DNA of 64,000 nucleotides from a virus: IMG/VR virus record IMGVR_UViG_2648501629_000001, positions 37,474 to 101,473 of that record; one strand, 5' to 3'. Shown piece by piece: positions 40,343 to 48,151 of this stretch (position 1 is its first letter; each line of letters starts with the position of its first letter). The notes under the pieces were generated by a model. It saw only the letters and a program-made list of their open reading frames with translations, ran no database searches and was not told where the DNA came from. The position numbers and the translations under genes were made by a program.

Positions 40343-40924
40343 ATGGGTAAGTCATTGAGTAGATTTATAATCAACTATGATGAGTTACCCATTTCTGTAA
40401 ACAACTATATCAAGCCATCTGCAAAGATTGTATATGGCAAAGCACTCATACACATGTACGAAACAAGGGAAAGTAAAGACTGGAAGAAGCGATTTGAAGC
40501 TTATTTAAAGCGAGAAGTAACGAAGCAGAAATGGGATAAAACTCAGACTGCAGAAGGTCATTGGTATCTAGATTGTGTATTTGTACAGTCTAGGACAAAT
40601 CAAGATAACAACAACTATTACAAGTTGCTATGCGATGCTCTCACAGGTATTGTTATAGAAGATGATAAGAATGTACTAGTGAGAACTCAAAAGGTATTGT
40701 ATGATGCCAAGAATCCAAGATTTTATGCTATTCTACGACCTGTTGAATACACTGGGATATTCAATACTGAAACAGATTATGCTCAGTTCTTTGAAGGAAA
40801 CTGTGCAACATGTAAGAAAAACCATGAAAAATGCTCTATCTTAAGAAAGGCTAAAGAAGGTCGGATACAAGAAGAGATAAGTGGCAATAGCGGAAGTCAT
40901 ATATGTTCTAAGAAGAAGTCGTGA
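40343..40924 (+). CDS. rusA: RusA-family Holliday junction resolvase
   Basis: PISVNNY, DNNNYYKLLCDALTGIVIEDDKNV. Confidence 0.82.
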   Translation: MGKSLSRFIINYDELPISVNNYIKPSAKIVYGKALIHMYETRESKDWKKRFEAYLKREVTKQKWDKTQTAEGHWYLDCVFVQSRTNQDNNNYYKLLCDALTGIVIEDDKNVLVRTQKVLYDAKNPRFYAILRPVEYTGIFNTETDYAQFFEGNCATCKKNHEKCSILRKAKEGRIQEEISGNSGSHICSKKKS

Positions 40925-40941
40925 AATACGGCTTCTTTTTT
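40913..40941 (+). terminator. intrinsic terminator
   Basis: AAGAAGTCGT-GAAAT-ACGGCTTCTT followed by TTTT. Confidence 0.75.
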
Positions 40942-41037
40942 ACATATAATTTAACAGTTGATTACTGAGTTACTGTATTATATAATAAGAAGAGATATGA
41001 ATATATGAGAATTATTAATGGTTTAGGAGAATTGCTA

Positions 41038-42033
41038 ATGAATATCGAACGCCTTTTCCATGAAGAGATTCGAGACAAGAAGAGAATAGGTAGCAATATA
41101 TTCTCAAGAGTATCCACACGTAAGGGTGGAGGAAATCAAGCGTTAAGAACACCTTCCTACTTTATGAAAGGAAGTAATAAATATAAGAAACTTAGTGGAG
41201 ATGTGGAGGTTTACAACTTGAATGATATAATCAGCTATCAAGAGTTTTCAGATAAAGATAAGAGCCAACAGAAGATGTTTATGGAGACATGGAAGGCTAA
41301 GTATAAAGCTAAAGAGATACAGGATAAGATGGGGATATCTAAGAATGTCTACTATAAGATTATTGAAAATCTAGGTCTTCCAACAGAAACTAGAAGAGGC
41401 AGACATCCAAAGAATGCAAAGCCTGAGGACTTACATGTTATATTAAGTGATGAAGAAATGAGTAAGTATATGGATGACTTTATAGACTTTCCATTATTTA
41501 AGCAACTGCCTAAGCATCAGCAAATCCCTCTATTAGAAAGTTACTTAAAAGATTTCCCAGTGCAATCAGAACTAGCCAAAGTATGGGGCGCTGATTTAAA
41601 GTATGTCTACTATATTAGTAGCGTTGCTAGGAAGCAAAAGCAAAAACAGGAACAAAAAGAGAACGAGAGTAATGTAGAAGTTGTTGAAGAACATACAGAA
41701 AGAAAAGAAGAAGTTACTATTCCTGCACCAGTAGAGCCAATAGTTGCAACTGATGAGAAGTTAGATACTATTGCGGATGAAGCAGTTGTCGAGGACAAGC
41801 CTCAAGATATCGAATCAGAAGAGGACAATACAATAGAAGAAACTGTCGAATCACAGGAAGACAATATAATGGAAGAAACTCGTCAAAATGAAGAGAATGA
41901 CAATTCTTTAACTATCGAAATCAAAGGTAATTACAGTACAAATGCTATCATGAAATCTATTCAATCTATACTGACAACGCTAGAGAGCGAAGAAGAGGTC
42001 GTTAATATCGATTTGAAGGTGAGAAAGAGATGA
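41038..42033 (+). CDS. hypothetical protein with HTH-like segments and an acidic low-complexity region
   Basis: ATG 41038 after AGGAG; KAKEIQDKMGISKNVYYKII. Confidence 0.65.
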   Translation: MNIERLFHEEIRDKKRIGSNIFSRVSTRKGGGNQALRTPSYFMKGSNKYKKLSGDVEVYNLNDIISYQEFSDKDKSQQKMFMETWKAKYKAKEIQDKMGISKNVYYKIIENLGLPTETRRGRHPKNAKPEDLHVILSDEEMSKYMDDFIDFPLFKQLPKHQQIPLLESYLKDFPVQSELAKVWGADLKYVYYISSVARKQKQKQEQKENESNVEVVEEHTERKEEVTIPAPVEPIVATDEKLDTIADEAVVEDKPQDIESEEDNTIEETVESQEDNIMEETRQNEENDNSLTIEIKGNYSTNAIMKSIQSILTTLESEEEVVNIDLKVRKR

Positions 42034-42473
42034 TTCAAGAGCATAAATTCAATGCAGAATTAAGCATAGAAGTATATGAGGCTTGTAAAGATTCAATCGA
42101 AATTAAGGGATGCTACAATAATGTTTTCAACGTACTAAGGGATTGGGAATATGGTAATAAGTTTTACAGCAACAAGTGGAAGATTGCTTATGGATATGTA
42201 AGCATTCACGAAGTTGAAGGATTAATGGCGAGACATGCTTTTATATTAGATGAGAATAATGATGTAATAGACCCAACCATAGTGACGACAAGTACCTTTG
42301 ATAAGGGTTATAAATATGAGTATGTATCATTTAAAGTATTTAATCAGCTAGGAGATTATACTAATACTATTAGCAACAACGATGGAATGCCTGCTTTATT
42401 CAACGTTTTTCGTAAAGAAGAGATGGAAGCGAGTCAATGGGGAATGAAGAGAGGAATAATGATGATAGGATAA
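42030..42473 (+). CDS. small papain/transglutaminase-like protein (Cys-His-Asp)
   Basis: GCYNNV...IAYGYV...RHAFILDENNDVIDPT. Confidence 0.6.
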   Translation: MIQEHKFNAELSIEVYEACKDSIEIKGCYNNVFNVLRDWEYGNKFYSNKWKIAYGYVSIHEVEGLMARHAFILDENNDVIDPTIVTTSTFDKGYKYEYVSFKVFNQLGDYTNTISNNDGMPALFNVFRKEEMEASQWGMKRGIMMIG

Positions 42474-42500
42474 GAGAGAATATATATTCTCTCTTATTTT
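42471..42500. terminator. bidirectional terminator between convergent genes
   Basis: TAAGAGAGAA-TATATA-TTCTCTCTTA followed by TTTT. Confidence 0.75.
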
Positions 42501-42838
42501 TATGTATTTTTCTCAATGATGTACCTCATACCAACCTCAATCAAATCATTGTTCTTAGCACCAAGATAGATTGCTCTAGTTTTTAATTGCTTAAACAATA
42601 CCTCGCTATAGGTAGTATTGACCTTAACTCTGTCACTTGGTTTTTGTCTTTTCTTATAATCACCTTTATTTGTGAAATTATCCAACACATATTGAATTCC
42701 ATCTTCAAGCAGAAAGTTGTAAGATGTATCTTGCTCAACAGCAATCAACTTTACTTTATCTAACAATTCTGTACTTAGAGTAGTTGTATAATTCTTCCTG
42801 TCGGGATTTAAGATTCTAATTTCAGTTTTGTAAGCCAA
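42500..42838 (-). CDS. tandem ribbon-helix-helix regulator
   Basis: Two repeats, KNYTTTLSTELLDKVK...LLEDGIQYVL and KVNTTYSEVLFKQLK...LIEVGMRYII; RBS AGGAGG. Confidence 0.75.
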   Translation of the reverse strand: MAYKTEIRILNPDRKNYTTTLSTELLDKVKLIAVEQDTSYNFLLEDGIQYVLDNFTNKGDYKKRQKPSDRVKVNTTYSEVLFKQLKTRAIYLGAKNNDLIEVGMRYIIEKNT

Positions 42839-42854
42839 TGGGAAAGACCTCCTA

Positions 42855-43085
42855 ACATGTATAACTGTATAGCTATATTGTAATGCGATTGTAATAAAAA
42901 TGCCAGTTTTTTCTTTACCGTCTCAAAATTAAAGAATACTCATCCCAAAGAGATATGAGAGTTAAATTGTATGAGAAATCAACACAATTATATTAATACA
43001 TAATATAGTGTATTTATACATAGCGTCTCAATAACACAAGGATACTAGTCATTTTGAGAGATTTCTTTTATACAGTTATACATGT
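42855..43085. repeat. perfect 17-bp inverted repeat pair (42855-42871 / 43069-43085)
   Basis: ACATGTATAACTGTATA and TATACAGTTATACATGT read directly from the sequence. Confidence 0.85.
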
Positions 43086-43412
43086 GCTTAGAATAAATGT
43101 TATGTAAACTAGTAAATAAAATAAAAAAGAGCATACCCTTTGTCAGAGTATGCTATGAACACTTGAGATATTATTTATTCAGTTGGTATACAATATCCAA
43201 ACCTTATGAACACTTTCAGTTGGAGCGTCCCCCAACGTATCGATACAAATGTAATTATACTATTTTACGTATAAACAATCAATAGTCTCTATCATATTAA
43301 ATTATTGTTACAAGTAGAGTTAATTCCTTGACTTGACTGCACTTAACCATTCTTGACCATTAGGTAAAGTTTTGTTAAGATATTTATAATATCTTTCAAA
43401 GGAGATTTTAAA

Positions 43413-43748
43413 ATGACTAATGTAACCTCTAAAAGAGTTAGAATGTTAAGAATTAAGAAAGGATTAAAGCAGAAAGAATTAGGAGAACTATCAAATGTAT
43501 CAGAAGCATTCATATCTATGATTGAATCAAATTCAAAACAACCGTCAAGAGAAACAACTGCATTATTAGCAGATGCTCTTGGTGTTTCATCTGACTACCT
43601 TCTTGGATTATCAAATACAGAAGATTTATTGCCATACTCTGATACAAGAAGGGAATTTGAGCCAGTAATAGAGATTGTTGAGCAATTGGATGAGGATAAG
43701 CGTATAATGGTTATAAAAATGATTCAGTCTATGGTAAAGTCAATATAG
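43413..43748 (+). CDS. XRE-family HTH transcriptional regulator (possible repressor)
   Basis: RVRMLRIKKGLKQKELGELSNVSEAFISMIESNSKQPS...LGVSSDYLLG. Confidence 0.9.
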   Translation: MTNVTSKRVRMLRIKKGLKQKELGELSNVSEAFISMIESNSKQPSRETTALLADALGVSSDYLLGLSNTEDLLPYSDTRREFEPVIEIVEQLDEDKRIMVIKMIQSMVKSI

Positions 43749-43754
43749 TATTTC

Positions 43755-43935
43755 TTGCAACATTCAGAATAACTATGTTACAATTAGCATATAATAACAA
43801 AAGAACCCGATGCGCTAACATCGAGTTCCCCTGCACAACTTAATCAAAGCAGAGTGGTTAGTTACCTAATTCACTTATTTGGAATCAGAAGAAGAACCAT
43901 CGGCTTGGGAGGCAGAGTGGTTCTTTTTCTCTTCC
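43755..43935 (+). ncRNA. putative antitoxin sRNA of about 145 nt, antisense to the 3' end of a small ORF
   Basis: Promoter TTGCAA, 18 bp, TACAAT with TG extension (43755-43784); hairpin GAACCCGATG-CGCTAA-CATCGAGTTC; terminator AAGAACCA...TGGTTCTTTTT. Confidence 0.55.
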
Positions 43936-44015
43936 TGTTTTTCTAGGAACTTCACAGTGATGAATTGCGTTACACCTTTAGTTATTCCTTCGATAATCCA
44001 GTTCAAGAATTCCAT
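43875..44015 (-). CDS. 46-aa type I toxin-like peptide (not in ORF track)
   Basis: Strong RBS AGGGAGGTG; MEFLNWIIEGITKGVTQFITVKFLEKQEEKKNHSASQADGSSSDSK. Confidence 0.65.
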   Translation of the reverse strand: MEFLNWIIEGITKGVTQFITVKFLEKQEEKKNHSASQADGSSSDSK

Positions 44016-44342
44016 ATCGGACACCTCCCTTCTCTTATATATTGCGAGAAAAGGTAGGTAATCCTTCCACCCTGCCAGAAATAGTTGTTATCTCAATTAT
44101 ACCATAATATACTAGAACGTACTATATATTCCTATGTGCAATGACATATAATTATATGATATAATATTGATAGATTCGTTATTTTTATCTAAGACATCCT
44201 TTTGAGTCAAGGGTGTCTCTTTTTACTTATAACTTAACTGAATATTCTGAATAATATTGATAAATCCAATCTCCCCATCTTTTCAAATTTGTAATGCTAT
44301 ATAATAGGAAGAAACACGATATATATGGATGAGGAGGATACT

Positions 44343-45437
44343 ATGAACGTTCCAGTCAAAGGAAACGAGAAGATTACACAGTTATTAAATGAATGGTACA
44401 TTGAGATTCGTGCTAGGCGCATTGGTCAAGCACATAGACTAAAAGAAGAGATTGATAAGAAGATTGATAATATAGAGAAAGACCAAACTCTACTATTATA
44501 TTATTCTCTCTTAGATTTTCGATTCCAGTACATTGTAGACAATCTAGGAGTCTCTGCAAATAGCTTTGATAAAGTTGAAGAATTTGAGATTCCAACGAAT
44601 AATTTCTTAACTTATTACTACCACTTCTTCAAGGCTATTCACGCTTCGGGGATTGGCAACTATATGATAGCAAAAGAACACTTTGACAAAGCTGAATCTC
44701 TTCTTGAATTAGTTCCTGATGAGATTGAGAAAGCTGAGTTCTACTACAAGCTCGGCGCTTTCCACTACGACATCTACGAGTCACTCCAATCAATTAAATA
44801 CACTTCAAAGGCAAAGGATATCTTTGAACAACATGAGAGTTATGAGCGAAACATAGGTTTCTGTGAGAACCTTCTTGGGACTGCTTGTACAAAGCTAAGA
44901 GAATGGGCTTTGTCAGAAGAGCATCTTATTAAAGCTATGGATATCTTTAGTAAGCATGGCGAAGAAAAGTATGTTCTAATGGTTAGGCATAACTTAGGGT
45001 ATATGTACTCTAGTCAGAACCTATCTCCATTAGCAATTAGATATTTATCAGAAGTAACTACGCATAACCCTAGACATCATAAAGCTTTATTCTTGCAGGC
45101 TAGAGAACATTATAAATTGGATGAACTTGATGTAGCAAAGGGCTTAGCTGACAAAGGCTATAGCATTTGTGTTGAACTGGGTAACGTAGAATATAAACAT
45201 CTGTTTGCAATCTTGAGATGTCTTATATCGAATGTGTCTAGTGATGAATTGGAGAAGATTGCACTTGAAGGAATCTCATACTTTGAAGGCGAATCACTAT
45301 ATGAGTACATAGAAGAAAGCCAAGAGTACATGGCTGTTAAGTTCTATGAAGAAAGCAACCATGCTAAATCTAGTGAATACTTCTACCTAGCCTCAAAAAC
45401 AAGACAAAAAATCAAAGAAAGGGAGTCTTTAAAATGA
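44343..45437 (+). CDS. rap: Rap-family TPR regulator (response-regulator aspartate phosphatase)
   Basis: KITQLLNEWYIEIR...IEKDQTLLLYYSLLDFR, then TPR repeats; RBS GAGGAGG. Confidence 0.9.
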   Translation: MNVPVKGNEKITQLLNEWYIEIRARRIGQAHRLKEEIDKKIDNIEKDQTLLLYYSLLDFRFQYIVDNLGVSANSFDKVEEFEIPTNNFLTYYYHFFKAIHASGIGNYMIAKEHFDKAESLLELVPDEIEKAEFYYKLGAFHYDIYESLQSIKYTSKAKDIFEQHESYERNIGFCENLLGTACTKLREWALSEEHLIKAMDIFSKHGEEKYVLMVRHNLGYMYSSQNLSPLAIRYLSEVTTHNPRHHKALFLQAREHYKLDELDVAKGLADKGYSICVELGNVEYKHLFAILRCLISNVSSDELEKIALEGISYFEGESLYEYIEESQEYMAVKFYEESNHAKSSEYFYLASKTRQKIKERESLK

Positions 45438-45568
45438 AAAAAGTAGCATTGGGCTTGATGGGGATTTTAACAGCTTTAACTTTAGTTGTGGGAGTTCAAT
45501 CTAATACAGATAGCAAACCTGCTCCCCCTACGATTATGATGATGGAGCATGGAGACCATGGCGGTTGA
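45434..45568 (+). CDS. phr: Phr-type secreted signalling pre-peptide (44 aa, not in ORF track)
   Basis: ATGA overlap with the rap stop; MKKVALGLMGILTALTLVVGVQSNTDSKPAPPTIMMMEHGDHGG, i.e. signal peptide plus C-terminal HGDHGG. Confidence 0.88.
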   Translation: MKKVALGLMGILTALTLVVGVQSNTDSKPAPPTIMMMEHGDHGG

Positions 45569-45575
45569 TAAATGT

Positions 45576-45830
45576 TTGACTTTTTAGAAATGGTGATTTA
45601 AAATGAAAGGGAATCCATTGGGTCACCTTCTTTCTTTCAGAGAAAGGAAAGTTGTAACCTATTAAAGAGATGCGCTAACATCTCTTTAAACGCTTTCTCT
45701 TGCTTCCGATGGCGCAGGAGAAAGGGTAGCTAGTAACCACGCTTGCGAGGCTAACGGGTGGTTATATCATTTATTTTTTGCGAGACCCACCTCTTTGCTT
45801 TGGATGGCGACAAGGGGTGGGTTTTTATTA
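45576..45830 (+). ncRNA. putative structured ncRNA of about 215 nt downstream of phr
   Basis: Promoter TTGACT, 17 bp, TAAAAT (45576-45604); several hairpins including TAAAGAGATG-CGCTAA-CATCTCTTTA; terminator ACCCACCTCTTTG...CAAGGGGTGGGTTTTT. Confidence 0.55.
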
Positions 45831-45859
45831 TTCGTCTCGTATCGGAATTTTTAGAACCT

Positions 45860-46360
45860 CTATTTTGTTACACTTACATATTTAACCAAATCAAAAAGTT
45901 CATTAGGGGTCAGGTTATTTCCATTACGAAAGCTATCTTTTATACCCAAATCCTCAAGAACTCTAGATTCATCTAAAGCCACATACACAAGTTCTGAGCA
46001 TATCATATTATGAGGATTGTTCAATTTATTTTCTCCAGTTAAATGAAACATCTTTCTAAGAACATACCAAATTAATTGCAAGTAGTCATACTTTCTCCCC
46101 ACATATCTCATAGCGCAGTTATATACCATTCTTCGTTGATGTGCTGTCAAACCTAAATCAACTACTTCAATAATATTATACTCACTCTTATCAAATGGAA
46201 TAACAGCAACCTTTGAGCCTGCTGTAGCTTCAATTATATGAGTCTCTGAAACTGCGATTGCGACATGACTAAATATCCCTCTATCTACGAATCTAACTAA
46301 TTTAGAGATAATTCCTTTTCCTTGAACGAATACAATGTCTCCTTGTCTCACGATTCTCAC
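45860..46360 (-). CDS. permuted papain-like NlpC/P60 (YiiX/YebB-like) protein
   Basis: GDIVFV, FSHVAI (His first), YDY, MICSELV (Cys last). Confidence 0.85.
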   Translation of the reverse strand: MRIVRQGDIVFVQGKGIISKLVRFVDRGIFSHVAIAVSETHIIEATAGSKVAVIPFDKSEYNIIEVVDLGLTAHQRRMVYNCAMRYVGRKYDYLQLIWYVLRKMFHLTGENKLNNPHNMICSELVYVALDESRVLEDLGIKDSFRNGNNLTPNELFDLVKYVSVTK

Positions 46361-46383
46361 CGACTTTCTTCCTATTTATATAT

Positions 46384-46414
46384 AAAAAATAGAGAGACTA
46401 TTAGCCTCTCTATT
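46384..46414 (-). terminator. terminator after the endolysin
   Basis: AATAGAGAGGC-TAATA-GTCTCTCTATT followed by TTTT on the minus strand. Confidence 0.7.
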
Positions 46415-46437
46415 CCAATAGTGCTATTTGTTTCTTA

Positions 46438-47406
46438 TTACTTAACATGAACGTAGGCAGGGCTTGCAGTAATGTAGAAGTATTTACAACGGTACATCTT
46501 AGAGCCTGCAACAGTTAACTCTTCAAGAATTGTAAACGCCTCTCCTTTTGGAACAGTTTTCTCTTTTGCATTCCAATCTGCAGAGCTGTAAACCCAAAGC
46601 TCTTCTGCATCCACAACTACTAACTTACCTACATTACTAGTTTGTCTACGAGCGAAACGAGTGTAGCTAGGGTCTCCATATACCCATGAATTACCAACAT
46701 TTAACCAACCATCTTGCTCTGCCCATACAACATAGCTCTCAGGAGAGTTAAGTTTACGAATGAATTCACCGCTTGTACTTGGAGACTTACGTAGGTTAAC
46801 GTTTGTACCAGTGATATAAACGATACCTAACCCTTCTGTTCCTGCATCGTCACCGCCACTTGGAGGTGCTACTGTGCTACCACCACCTGAGCCATTGCTA
46901 CCTTGAACCATACTCTTGAATCCTTCAAATCCACCTGTACGATTTAAGATTGGTCGTGGACAATACTTGCCTGACCAGCGTTGGTGAGGAACTACATTTC
47001 CAATTCCAATGCCAGTTTGTCCCATTAAGAACTTAACTAATTTAGCAACGTTTGCTAATGCTTTCTCAAAGTTTCCATCTGAGTTTTCACAAGTCTCGAT
47101 ACCGATTGATTGGCGGTTACCTGTTCCTGTATTACCATCCCCTGCATGCCAACCATTTTCATTAATTGGTAAATGTTGAACAATGCGATTGCTGTCTACT
47201 GTGAAGTGCCAAGACTTCCCATCTCCACCGTTAACTAAATAGTTAGCATGCGCTCTAGCATCTGCACCTTTTTCTGTATTTTCAGTTGTATGAACAGTAA
47301 TATACTTAGGACTCATAGCGTTTTGAGGTCTGTTGTTATTACTTGCAGGGATAATCTTCGTTTCGAAAGGTACTCCACCGATATTTGATACACTAAATAC
47401 TGTCAT
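46438..47406 (-). CDS. endolysin: N-acetylmuramoyl-L-alanine amidase (Amidase_2, XlyA/PlyG-like) with C-terminal SH3-like cell-wall-binding domains
   Basis: YITVHTTEN, SWHFTVD, WHAGDG, SIGIETC, VPHQRWSGKYCP, Gly-rich linker, VNLRKSPST. Confidence 0.93.
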   Translation of the reverse strand: MTVFSVSNIGGVPFETKIIPASNNNRPQNAMSPKYITVHTTENTEKGADARAHANYLVNGGDGKSWHFTVDSNRIVQHLPINENGWHAGDGNTGTGNRQSIGIETCENSDGNFEKALANVAKLVKFLMGQTGIGIGNVVPHQRWSGKYCPRPILNRTGGFEGFKSMVQGSNGSGGGSTVAPPSGGDDAGTEGLGIVYITGTNVNLRKSPSTSGEFIRKLNSPESYVVWAEQDGWLNVGNSWVYGDPSYTRFARRQTSNVGKLVVVDAEELWVYSSADWNAKEKTVPKGEAFTILEELTVAGSKMYRCKYFYITASPAYVHVK

Positions 47407-47500
47407 ATAAATCTCCTTCTCTTGCTCTCTAGCAAGCTCTTATTTTTTTATGTGAAGAAGGACTCTCACCTCCTTCACGTTTCAATACTTTTGTTTAATA

Positions 47501-48136
47501 TTATTTTTCATAAGTGATTTTCAGTCTTGGAGCATTTCCTCCATCCCAAGCACCACTAAACACACCATAGTAATCTCTACTATATGAATCTGCAAAGATA
47601 CTAATTCCTTTATAGTATCCATCACGGATACCTTCTCCTAGAGCAATTGGCATATCAATCCACATACCTTGACCTCTAGATGTAAATCTTTGATACTTCG
47701 CACCATACACAGAATGACCAAAGTAATCGGGTTCATTCGAATGATTGTGATAACCTATTACTGCTGTACCTCCTGCATAATACCACCAATGCTCAGCGTA
47801 TAGGTAGAGTTCAACCTTCTTGATTCTAGCCCCTGCCAGTTTAGATTGGATATCTCCAAACCCACATAGCGAACGTTGGAGTCCCCATGGCTCTGCTTCA
47901 CCATAGTAACCTTGTACAAGTTTGTCAGCACGGTAGTCCGTACGTCTAGAGCCAGTTTGTCGATATGTTTGTGTCCAAGATGCCCAAAATGTCTCAGTGT
48001 ATGTTTGAGACGATATGTTTGACCAACTAGAGCCATTCCACATATTAACTTTCGCATCATCCCAACTAGAACCATTCCATCTCTTGACCCTTGCATCGTA
48101 CCACTCTGAACCGCTCCATCTTTTAATTCTACTCAC
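47501..48136 (-). CDS. tail-associated / receptor-binding protein
   Basis: N-terminal triple repeat KRWSGSEW/KRWNGSSW/NMWNGSSW; aromatic-rich beta-sandwich-like C terminus; located in the tail cluster. Confidence 0.55.
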   Translation of the reverse strand: MSRIKRWSGSEWYDARVKRWNGSSWDDAKVNMWNGSSWSNISSQTYTETFWASWTQTYRQTGSRRTDYRADKLVQGYYGEAEPWGLQRSLCGFGDIQSKLAGARIKKVELYLYAEHWWYYAGGTAVIGYHNHSNEPDYFGHSVYGAKYQRFTSRGQGMWIDMPIALGEGIRDGYYKGISIFADSYSRDYYGVFSGAWDGGNAPRLKITYEK

Positions 48137-48151
48137 TCTAACTCCTCCTTC

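Noticed and set aside
43097-43285. 62-aa ORF in the RHH-XRE intergenic region
   Set aside because: No convincing RBS or motif in an AT-rich regulatory region; likely spurious
43879-44061. Plus-strand 60-aa ORF in the track (MESEEEP...)
   Set aside because: No RBS; it is the antisense shadow of the minus-strand toxin-like ORF, which has a strong RBS
44136-44224. Possible 55-nt sRNA or attenuator upstream of rap (extended -10 TGATATAAT, then a hairpin with T tract)
   Set aside because: The -35 is weak and the hairpin may simply insulate rap; not enough support from sequence alone
44343-45437. AimR (arbitrium receptor)
   Set aside because: The N terminus is the Rap three-helix bundle (LLNEWY...DQ.LLLYYSLLDFR), not an HTH, and the peptide ends in HGDHGG, typical of Phr
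45758-45976. Plus-strand 72-aa ORF in the track
   Set aside because: No RBS; it crosses a terminator and overlaps the minus-strand NlpC/P60 gene
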